Shown here piece after piece: positions 1 to 10,537 of a stretch of 64,000 nt of DNA; the stretch's first letter is position 1; each line of letters starts with the position of its first letter. The translations under genes and the position numbers were made by a program. Source of the stretch: Gracilinanus agilis (taxonomy: Eukaryota). The notes under the pieces were generated by a model. That model had not been told where the DNA came from and ran no database searches. It saw nothing but the letters and a program-made list of their open reading frames with translations. Location of the stretch: NCBI RefSeq assembly GCF_016433145.1, contig NC_058133.1, positions 520,915,806 through 520,979,805 on the forward strand, given 5' to 3'.

Positions 1-152
1 TTGGGCTGCCATTTGAATGGGGGATGGGGGGAGATTTTGCTAGGCACACATGAATGCATGTCTGTCCAGTACATGATCAAAGATAAGCATAAGCTAATGG
101 AGGCACAGAATTAACAGTTGTGGGTCAGGGGGCATCAGAAACAACTTCCCAC

Positions 153-890
153 TGTAATGGGAAAAGGAAAGAGATATGGATAAGATTTAAGAGAAGTGGA
201 AGGTGGTCTTTAAGTCACATGGTAGGAATTCTAGAGAAAGGATTTTAGCAGGCAGAAGGCAGAGGAGGAACAGTTTGGAAGAGACAACTATTAGAGTGAG
301 TGACTTCCTGTGGTAGTGGGGCTCTCTTCCTGTCCTGCAGGGAAGAGAAAAGGCTGGTTTGCTGGAGCTTGGTTGCCTCAACCTGTCTGTGGAGAAGGAA
401 AAACCCTAAAATCATCTTGGGAGGTTTTCTGTTGGACTGGAAAACATCTCGCAAAGTACGAAGGGCCGTCAAACCCCCTCTGACTGACTCGGAACAGGAT
501 CCTAGACTTGCAGAGTGAAATTCTAGGAAGGACAGTATCCCCCCACTCAAGATTCCCCTGCGTGACTTCTCCCTTGTTAACACTCCTTAGTGGAATTATT
601 GTAATCAATACCTCTATCCAGCCCCAGGGAAACACAGAAGATTAATAAAGGCTGTCATTAGAGCCCCAACAGGCCACCCAACAAGCCCCTAGGAAAACCC
701 CAAGTATAGAAGTCAAGATACAGGAATTCCCCTAAAATCACCCTACAACAAACCAGCAATTAGTGAGTTAATGCTAAAAACTTTAGTTCCCTAACAGAAA
801 CTGCAATTTTCACAAATCCCACACACAGGTGTCCTCAAGGCAGCCCCAAGTTTCTCTGATCTTTGATGAGGAATGCCAACACAGAGAGAA
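153..890 (+). mobile_element. LTR-like sequence, boundaries uncertain
   Basis: Starts TGTAAT and has AATAAA near 645 followed by a U5-like tail. No TSD identified. Confidence 0.35.
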
Positions 891-914
891 GGGAGGATAA
901 GAAATGAAAAATTA

Positions 915-1120
915 GGGGCAGCTGGGTAGCTCAGTGGATTGAGAGCCAGGCCTAGAGACAGGAGGTCCTAGGTTCAAATCTGGCCTCAGACACTTCCCAG
1001 CTATGTGACCCTGGGCAAGTCACTTGACCCCCACTGCCTACCCTTACCAATCTTCCACCTATAAGTCAATACACAGAAGGTAAGGGTTTAAAATTAAAAA
1101 AAAAAAAAAAAAAGAAAAAA
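915..1120 (+). mobile_element. Young opossum-type tRNA/CORE SINE (SINE1_Mdo-like)
   Basis: GGGGCAGCTGGGTAGCTCAGTGG head, B-box GGTTCAAATC, poly-A tail, TSD agaaatgaaaaatta (900-914 and 1121-1135). Confidence 0.93.
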
Positions 1121-1379
1121 AGAAATGAAAAATTAGAGCAGGCTGCCCCTAGAGTGTTCTCGTCAAACCCCAGAGAACAGAACAGAGCAGAATAAACCAC
1201 CCATGAAAAATATCGAAAAATAAAAAACCATATTGATATAACATTTGGATCAGTTCTCAGGTACTGTATCTTTGAAATCTGAAATTGATTGTGTAATTGT
1301 GTGATTGTGTAATCATCTAGCCAAGAAATCACTTTCTGATTAATTATACAATTGAATTATAAAAAAAAAAAAAAAAAAG

Positions 1380-2648
1380 AATAATCATGCCTAAATCTGA
1401 CTGGTTAAAAATAACTGGCCAATCTTTTGCAGTTGGAACACAAGCTGTGTACCTTGTGGATGGGCAGGGAAGCCCAGTAAATCCATAAAGAATTATTCTT
1501 GCCAAAGCTTTGCATCTTTTGTTATTCATGGAATATCAATCAAATGATTTTGCCAATGTATGACTTGATTCATTATCTATAAGAAAAAATTGTATGTTGA
1601 TTGTGGAAATTCATGTTAGCATTTGTGTAATCTTGAGAAAAGAGTATAAAAAATAAAGACATAGCAGGGAGCTTTAACAGCTTCTGCAAACTTTACTGTT
1701 TTCTGCTGTTCTCAATGGCTTAACAGTTCTACCACCCCCCACCACCACCCCCCACCCCCCCAGCTATCTAGAGTTTCTGGGGCCATTCCCTGGCAACAAA
1801 GGATCTGACTATACCTACTGTGATTTTATCAACTTTCCTGAAGGTTCTGTCTAAAATCTTATCAGTTTGGCTTTGAGGATTTATCTCAGGAGTCAGACCC
1901 ACTGGGGTTGGACTTGGCCATTTTGAGGGCAATCCTAACCGGTTTTGGAGACTGCTTTTGAACTCAGCCAAACCAACTACTGAGGGTCAATAGATAGGCA
2001 GCTTAGCCAGCTCTTTTTGGGGAACACCTAGATAGAAATAGGGAGCTGGTAGGTTAGCTTGAAGACCAGAAGACTCCTTCTTGCAAGAGATATAGATGTT
2101 GGTGGATTGGATAGCTAGATCCTTTAGTCAGGGACACCTTGTTCTGATCCTCGGTTTGTACCCTCTCTTTGAATAAATAGAGATACTGATTTTATATAAC
2201 ATTGTCTCCAAGGCGTTTTGCATGACTAGCTCAGTGTAAGAAAGTGATTCTGCTTTACTCTCACTAACAGGGGCTAGACTATCTGGAGACCCCAGGTGGG
2301 TATTTAGGGAGTTCTCTAAGTGAAAACTACATCTATGCACTAGAGTTCTCCTATTAGCCTTCTGGGTTTATTAGCTACTCTGTTTTTCAGGATGAGAGCT
2401 TAGAGATTTGAAGTTTTCTTGAAGGTCAGAAGCCATTTAAAATCTTCGGTCACAGCAGGGGGCTTCTGCGGTGGTAGGAAGCCTGAGAGCAGGCAGACTA
2501 ACTGACAGACAGACTCAGTAAGTCTGTGCTGACAAGTGCAATACCTCTCTCCACCTGATAGGGGGCTCCATAACCTATCTCCCAGTCAGCTGTCAATCAA
2601 ACAGCTATTTGCAAGCAATGTTAAGCAGAGTGCATTTTATTTATAACA
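1380..2648 (+). mobile_element. LTR-like region, probably including the 5' LTR of ERV-A (ends ...ttataaca at 2648)
   Basis: TATA- and AATAAA-like motifs (about 1645, 2172). The ATAACA end matches the ERV-B LTR end and sits a similar distance upstream of the gag ATG. 5' boundary not resolved. Confidence 0.4.
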
Positions 2649-2735
2649 GCGGAAGGTAATAATTCCTACTGTGTCCCTGGGGAAATTCATTTTTCTTAAG
2701 AAGCTTATTTCTCCAGTGTGCCTGAGCATAGCACA

Positions 2736-4330
2736 ATGGAAACTATCTGGTATTTTACTACAATGATACCTTTTTTCTATATGGTAATCATGCCAGATTA
2801 CGTACATGATTTTTTTGAGTTCCAAGTTTTATTACCAATCACTGATATTACCAAATGTGGGGCTCTGTCTTATTTGCCTCTCCTGATTCTTCTAGTAGGA
2901 TGCCTCTACCAATTCAAGAAGATTGTGGTGGCAATTTTTAAAAGGCTTAATGTTACTGGCTGGTTAATCTTAGGGAACAGTGAAATAAAGCAACTAGTTT
3001 TAACCTTGCAAGCAAAGCTTGAGCAAGTAGAGGCTCAGTACTTAGAACTTACCAAAGCCAAAGGGGCAATGTCAAGGGTGGTACCACAAGGAGTAATTAG
3101 AACGGGTGGTGCTGAAAAACAAGTACTTCTCAGCTACAACTAGAGGAACAAGCTTTAGAAAATCTCCTGCAGCAATGTTTCCTCTCCGAGATGTACCTTT
3201 TATATCACCTGACCTGGGAATTCTGCATATTAAATCCCATAAACACTTCACACAAGTTGATTTGAATGCAATGAAAAAGAGAACCCCAAAGTTTGACAAT
3301 GAATCAGTGGGAGTGATTAAGGAGTTTAAGAGAGTAACTGGGATTTTTGATACAGATTTTTGGGATTTTGAAATTCTTATGGGTGAATGACTAAGTAGGA
3401 GAGAAAAACAACAATTTATTAAACAAACACATAATAATGATGATCTCACTCCATGGCCCACTGAAAATTCTGAACTCGAGATGAATTCTGTTGAAGCATA
3501 CAGATATTTGGGGAAAGCTAGGGAATCTATTCTAGATGTCATGAAAGCAAATTCCAAAAGCCTTGGCACATGGTCAAAATTTGAAAGATTAAGGTAGGAA
3601 GCAGGGAAAACACCAGCAACATTTTTGGACAGATTTATAGAATGTGGGGAGAAATAGCTGGAAATGGACATTTTATCTGATGATAACATAGGCCACATTA
3701 GAAGACAATTTCTTTTTTTTTTTTTTGGAGAAACAATTGCCTGAACTGGTATTCTATGGGTCTGGAGGAACTTAAAAGAAAGGCTTGCTATATTTGTCAT
3801 GCAGATAAAGACAGACAGGCAGAGGACAAAAATGACTTGATTAATGACTTAAGAAAGCAATTAAAAGAAGTAAACCAAAAGCTTAAGGAAAGTGAGATAA
3901 AGGAGATCAAAGCAGTGGCAGCTTTAAGATCTTATAGACCTGCTAAAAGTGACTACAATTCCAGAACAAATAGGTAAAATCCCCCTAAATGTTATTTATG
4001 TAACCATGTTGGACCGTGTCCAACCATGTTGGACCATGTAACCATGTGTTGGACACATGATGAGAGAGTGTCATTTTAGAGGACATTTCTATGAGCAAAG
4101 GTTTAGGGGAAACCTTGGCAATAACTTTAACAACAATGTTTATAGGTAGAGTTCATATAACCATAATAATAACAGGTTTAACAATACATACCAAAGACAA
4201 GATAGTAACTGCTATAATCATGGTTGTTGCCATGAGACCAAACAAGCCCCAGACTTGCAAACAATGTAAGAATATATGAAAACTGGAACTTGTCCTAAAT
4301 ACTCTCAAGTAGCAGGAGGCAATTGCCAAA
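2736..4330 (+). pseudogene. gag: ERV-A gag remnant (hydrophobic N-terminus, CA, coiled coil, one zinc knuckle, N-rich tail)
   Basis: ORF fragments 2718-3143, 3106-3390 and 3756-3977; knuckle CYLCNHVG(H)MMREC at 3990-4071. Confidence 0.85.
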
Positions 4331-4659
4331 AAGGGGATATGGAAAAGGGGGCATGTACATTATGAAGGTGTGCATAGGATAGCACAGTTTTAGGAAACAA
4401 AAATAAAGATTGTGGGAAGGAATACATAGATACTATAACAACAAGTGAGAGCAATGGAATAGAAAATGAAGGAAGGTGCTGTGAAAAAAGTAAATCCTGG
4501 CAAAATGATAGGAACTATTAAACCCTGGCAAAATAGTGATGCAGAAGTAAATGGGGAGGTGGAATGTGACAGTCAGGAATTAGAGATGCAATTTCCCAGA
4601 TCCAACTATTTTAGCAACTATTATAACTACACATTCACCACCAAACAGCACAGAACCAC

Positions 4660-7600
4660 ATGTTACATTAAATGTTGGGGGGCATATTTATGATTGCTTA
4701 GTTGACATGGGTGCAACTAAAAGCATTTTGCAAACATCCCCTGAGGAATGTAAGGCTGGAGGAAGTTTGGAAATAGTGGGAGTAACTGGGAGACCACAAA
4801 GGGTAAAGAAGTTACAACCCAAAATATTATCATTAGGTCCTTTATCTGTGGAATACTCATCTCTTTTAATGCCCAACTCACCAACGAATTTATTTGGCAG
4901 GGATCTTTTATGTAAATTAAGAGCCACCATACAATGTACACCATCTCAAGATATCTCTTTACAACTTCCTGAAAAATCCCTTGAAATTTTTCCAGTGTTA
5001 TTCTTAGACAAAGTTGAGGCAAAAGGAGAAATGTGTACAATTTATCCAATTCCAGACGATATTCCAAACAGTCTATGGGCTTCATCTTCTACAGACGTAG
5101 TCTTAACCTAAATCAGCAATACCAGTTAAAGACTAGAGGGGGTCCTCCACCTTGTATTCCCCAATATCCTTTAAGTAAAGCAGTAGAGGGCATAAGATCA
5201 ATTATAGAATCATTGTTAGAGCAAGGCATTATAGTACCATGTATTTTAGAATGTAATACTCCTATACTAACAATTAAAAAACCAAAGTTGATGAAAATTG
5301 GAAACCGTGTTACAGATTTGTCCAAGATTTAAGGGCTATAAATGATTATGTTATAAAACCACTCCCAATAGTACCATCTACAGCTACAATTATCTCCTCC
5401 ATACCCAGTTGTGCACAATATTTCACAGTGGTAGACTTTTCTTTTTTTTTCCCCGTTCCCCATACATAAGGACTACCAAAAGATTTTTGCTTTCACCTGG
5501 CAGGGAAGAAGTTTCTGTTGGAACCGTTTGCCCCAAGGGTATTTCAAAAGTCCATTTCTCTTTTTGCAAATCCTAAATAATGATCTAGAAACTATCCATT
5601 TTAAAGACAGCAAATTAGTACATGACATTCTTTTAGCCTCTCCAAATTAAAAAAATTTGTCTTAGGAGATAGCAAGTTTCTTTTATGTGAATTATGTAAG
5701 AGAAGACATAAGATCTCTGAAACCAAGATGCAATGGTGTCTACAAAGAGTTGAATACCTAGGATTCATTCTATCTGGAGGTTCTAGGAGTTATTTCCCAA
5801 AATGTATAGCCAACATCCAAAAACTCAGAGCCACAAGAACCAAAAGACAGTTAAGAGCCATACTTGGGATGATGGGTTTCTGTAGACAAGGGATCCTTGG
5901 GTATAGCGAATTAACCAAATCTCACTAATTTAACCAAAAACACAGAACCAGAACCACTCAACTCAAATCAGAACATTTGCAAGCCATAACAAAACTTAAG
6001 GAAGCAATTCTTTGCGCATCAGCCCTTGGGATACCAGATTTTGAAAAACCGTTTATGTTATTTGTGCATGAGCATAAAGGGATAGCTTCAGGAGTGTTAA
6101 TAAAGACCCTAGGACCAAATCACCATCCCATAGCATATTATAATGCAAACTAAACCCTATCGCAGTTGGTATCACTCCATGCTTGTGTGGCATTGCTGCC
6201 GCAGCACTATTGATACAGAAATCTGCAGATCTAGTTCTCAGGTATCCTTTAACAATCTTTTGCCCTCACCAAATAGAAGCCCTTATACTTAAATATTGTA
6301 CTCAGGCTTTCCTGGATCAACATATAGCCAAATATGACATAATTCTTCTTGGGAATGAAAATATACAAATTAAAAGGTGTAGTGTGTTGAACCCAGCAAC
6401 ACTCGTCCCAACTTACCAACTAATGGAGAACCATTGCATGAATGCACAACAGTTGTAGAGTTAGCAGAATAACCAAGAAAAGATTTAAAAGACAGACCAA
6501 TTGACAATCTTGATCTTGTGCTTTTTATTGATGGTTCTTCATATATGCAAAATAGGATATGGTACATGGTACATGGGTGCAGCAGTAGTAACATAATTTG
6601 AGACCTTACAGTATGCTCCTCTACCCAAGAATATGAGTGCTCAAGGGGCAGAGTTAGTGGCTCTTAACACACACTTGTAACTTAGCTGAAAGCAAGAGGG
6701 CTAATGTTATGAGTTCTCGATATGCCATGTGACCGGGTCAATTTGGAAACAGAGAGGGTTTATTACATCTGCAGGAAAACAGCTCATGTTGGGATTATAA
6801 CAGAGCTACTGACAGCTATGTTAAACCTAAAGAATTGGCCATAATACATTGCAACAGTCATTCTTTTAGTAAAGATGCAATGTCTTAGGGTAATAATCAA
6901 GCTGATTTTGCAGCTAGGTACACAGCACAAAATGCACCAGCTTGCATAATGAGTTTGTCCATGATAGAGTCAACAGATCTTAAAAAAACATATTTGGACA
7001 CTGAAATTCAGACATGCAAACAGAAATTTGGAGCTAGGGAAGACAATGGAATTTGGGTAGCATCCACAGGAAAGCCTATTTTACCAAAACATTTTTACAA
7101 CTATCTATGTCAAGCTATCCATAATGTTAGAGGGAAATCAGAGAGAAAGCAGGAAGTGCCAAAGCAGAGGCAGAGATAGAATTCCAGAACTCTGGTGACA
7201 GTGACTCTGCTGGGACAGTTGGGTTTTGGACTTGCTCTCTGGAGTAAGAGACAGTATATGTGGACTTCTCCAACAAGCCTTTTACCTTCTAGGAAGTGGC
7301 TGAGTTTGGTTTAAACTCCACAGGTGGACTGTGTGAGTAAAATCCTTACTCCCCTTCGTATTGGAGCTATGCCTGCTACTGCTGTGATTCTAATGGACTC
7401 CTGCCAAACCCAGAGAACAACTGTTTGTGAGACATCTCCCTTTTTGATTCAGTGGACCTATGTATCTTCCAGCTTTTCCTTACTCAGTTACAACGGGGGG
7501 GGGGGGGGGGGGGGATATGGTGGTATTCTGGTTAGGAGATAGTACAGGTAGCTGGGATCTGTAGGTAGAGATTCAGTGTAGTAAAGATCTATTTAAACCT

Positions 7601-7940
7601 ATTGGACTTTGGCGGGAAGAATTAGTGTTAATACCCAGGTAGATCATCCCACTCCCCCTTCCCCTACCTGTCCCAGTTTAAAATAAAACTCTGATTTACA
7701 ACAGATTGGTAACTTGTCAGTTTCTCCCTGGAAGCCTTCCCAAACCCAGAATTCTGATAACTGGCAGTGAGGACTATTTCATCTAAGTGTCTAGAAAACC
7801 ACCTAACCTTAACCTTACCTACTATATTTATTTTTTACTTCAATAAGGGTCATTTTGGGTCATAAGCTATCACTGATACAATAAAAAGAGTATGGATTAC
7901 ACCTGGGATGAGCACAAATGCTAATCAAGTCTCCCACACA
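4660..7940 (+). pseudogene. pol: ERV-A pro-pol remnant
   Basis: Protease 4707-5111, RT about 5130-6100 with the YVDD motif damaged (KLVHDILLAS near 5615), RNase H about 6500-6930, integrase N-terminus split by a solo LTR. Confidence 0.88.
7125..7842 (+). mobile_element. Solo LTR nested in the ERV-A integrase
   Basis: TG...CA ends, 4-bp TSD ATAA (7121-7124, 7843-7846), AATAAA near 7683. Removing it restores ATC CAT AAG GGT CAT TTT GGG (IHKGHFG). Confidence 0.92.
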
Positions 7941-9219
7941 AGCCGGGAGTAGACTGGGGGGGAGGGGGGCGTTGAGCAGAATTCTAAGGGATGTTTGGGG
8001 TCCTAGGAGGCAGGGGAAGGAAGAAGAGTCACAGACATGAGAAACAGAGACAAGAGAAGACTGGCCATAGGAAAGGAACAGCAAGGAGGCTGGTCAGGGT
8101 CAGATTGTGCAGGGAGAGCTTGTAAAGTCACCCAGAAGGGTTTCAAATAAGGAGTTTCGGGAGGAGAGACACTCTGGGAAGTTCTCTTTGGCAACTATGC
8201 CTGCCTCTGGAGGATATAATGGGCTAAAGGGAGAATAGCGTGCCAGAGTCCAAGTGTAGGCCTTTGGGAAGGTCCAAGTGAGACAAGAAGGTGGCAGCTG
8301 TGAGGAGAATTAAAAGGAAAAACAGGAGAGATGGAGGAGAAAGGACTAGATAGACCTGTGTATGTGGGCAAAGGAGAATGAGGATCACAAGCACTTACTG
8401 CTGGCTGAAGAGAGAGGGACACCCAGGGCAGATTTGATGGGGATGTCAAACAGCAAAGGAGGACAAAAGCAGCTGAACAAGAAGTAGAAGAATGAGGAGA
8501 GAGCAGGGTCCTAATAACCAGAGAGGAGAGAATGCCCAGGAAGGCTCCAAGCAGGGTTAGTGGTGTGAAGGTTTTGAAGAAAGGAGCAGATTCAGCCATT
8601 GATGACAACGACGACAGATGCTCTAGAGAGCTGTTTCAGACTAGTGGTGAGAGAGACTGCAGAGGCCTGGCCAGGGAGCAAGAGGACAAGTGGAGGCAGT
8701 GAAAATCTTTCTGGAGGTTGGCAGTGAAAGGGGGAGAACACATAGGACAGAATCTCAGAGGAGGGTTAAGATCAAGCAAAAAGGTTTGTGGAAAGCAACA
8801 AAATGATGATTCTAAAGGGAGAAAACCTTGAAGAGAGCTAGGTGTGGAAGACAACTGAGGGAACAAATGCTGAAGAAGGCGGGAAAGGAGGGGATCAAGG
8901 TCTTGGAGAGAAGGCCTCCCCTCAGAGCCTGAGGATATTGGCAAAGGACTTCAAGATGCAGAGGAGGGAAAGGAGCTCAGTGAAGCAGGAGTTCAGGCCC
9001 TGAGCCAGGAGGTGAGGGAAGGGGGCAAACAGTAGGAGGCTGAGGGCAGGAGAGGGCATGTTTTTACAAGATTTTGAAGCTACCTATGGATGCAATGACA
9101 TACTATACATATAACTCTGGAAATCTAAGCATGTACTGGAATACTTGCCTCCCTAGGAGACTTTATAACAAGCTCCACCATTTGTTTCTCTGTGGAAATG
9201 GGGCATTCCATTCCCATGA

Positions 9220-9508
9220 TCAATCTATCAACATTTATTAAGCACCTATGTGCCAGACCCTATGATACCAGGAGGCAAAGACAGGCCCTGCCCGCAAGGA
9301 GCTTACAGTCTAGTAGGAGAGAAAACATGTAGACAACTATACTATGTGCAAACAAGATAAGTGCAAGATAAAATTAAAATATTTAATAGAAGGAAGGCAC
9401 CTGAAACCTCATGTTCTGATGAGACTTTAGCTGAGACTTAAAGGAAGCCAAGGAGGCTAATACTTAGAGGGGAGGGAGAGAGTATTTTGGGTGACAGCCA
9501 GAGGAAAT
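9220..9508 (-). mobile_element. L2 LINE 3' end, interrupted by ERV-B and continuing at 17024-17330
   Basis: caacatttattaagcacctatgtgccag is the reverse complement of an L2 3' terminus. Purine-rich L2-like sequence resumes after the ERV-B TSD. Confidence 0.7.
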
Positions 9509-10463
9509 TATAAGAGTTAATTAGTTAATTGGATTAATTAGAGAACAAGGATGATCATAAGAAGGTCTCCAGCTAAGAAAAGAGTTTCTAAGGTTCCTTT
9601 CAGCAGCCAGAGAATTCTGAGTAGGTCAGAGGTAGAGAATTCCCAGAGACCCTAGGAAAAACAGTTGGTCAATGGATCACTAAATCTCTAGATCTTCCTT
9701 GTTGAGAAAGGGTGTCTAGGGAGCTGCTTCTGAGCAATTTGGAACATTTGGTGGTAGATTACTTGGGAAACATCCTGATATCGAAGAAGGTTAGAAAAGT
9801 GACTGATAGACAGAAGAGTGGCTGTGCGGTTCTGTAGAACTCCACCAGAGGGGAGTAGAGAGCAACAACTAGGAGAGAGGCTGACTTTGAATCTCTCAGA
9901 GTGAATCCTCTGAGTCTGGAGAGAGAGAAAAAACTATATTGAATCTTAAAAGCTAAAATATAAGGAAAAGAGTTTAAGTGTAATATAATTATAATAGCTT
10001 AGTAAGATAGATTTATTTAATAGACAGAAAGAATAGTTAAGTTAGCCCTGAATTTCCAGAGAAGTCGCCTCATGAGAGACAGATTTGGGAATTGGGGTTT
10101 AATTAGATTTTTTTATATTAGGGTAAATAAAAATTTCCTACCTTTCTATTTTCCTTTTCCTATCCCCGTATCTTTCATAGTTTAAAAAATTTTTTTAATA
10201 AAATATAGCTTAAAATATAGTTTTAAAATGCATGTGTTTGTTTATTATTTTATATATTATATATATGTTATATATATATAAATCACAACTCTAATAAATA
10301 AATGAATAAAAATAAAAGTGTTTTTTATAACCAACCTCCAGTCAATTACCTCAACTGCTAACGAACCATCTCCTCAACTGCCAACAACTGAATCTCCATA
10401 TTAGCTATATTCTATCAATATTTATTGACATCTATAAATACTAGGTCAATATTCCCCATGAAA
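9509..10463 (+). repeat. ERV-B 5' LTR (955 bp)
   Basis: Both ends align with 16841-17023; followed by ag-TGGC; several AATAAA motifs. Confidence 0.88.
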
Positions 10464-10537
10464 AGTGGCAAATCAATGCTCCTCTACCAGGACAAGAAAC
10501 TGCAAAGAGATACATCTAAAAGGACTTAATAGTCAAA

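Larger units (their letters stand above)
2649..7940 (+). mobile_element. ERV-A: decayed class I (gamma/epsilon-related) ERV internal region, gag-pro-pol, truncated in integrase
   Basis: CA start FPLRDVP, MHR-like WSKFERLR*EAGKTPATFLDRF, CCHC knuckle, protease CLVDMGATKSIL, RT start IPQYPLSK...CNTPIL, RLPQGY, RNase H LFIDGSSY, integrase IHKGHFG. Many stops and frameshifts. Confidence 0.92.

Noticed and set aside
915-1000. tRNA-like A and B boxes
   Set aside because: These are SINE heads with poly-A tails and TSDs, not tRNA genes.
3072-3800. 242-aa minus-strand ORF antisense to ERV-A gag
   Set aside because: It crosses a poly-T slippage run that broke gag, and I found no counterpart in ERV-B. 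Most likely a shadow ORF.
7495-7514. Run of about 20 G in the nested LTR as a G-quadruplex element
   Set aside because: A simple homopolymer expansion of unreliable length, with no evidence of function.
10466-10483. tRNA assignment of the ERV-B primer binding site
   Set aside because: tggcaaatcaatgctcct matches no tRNA 3' end that I can recall well enough.
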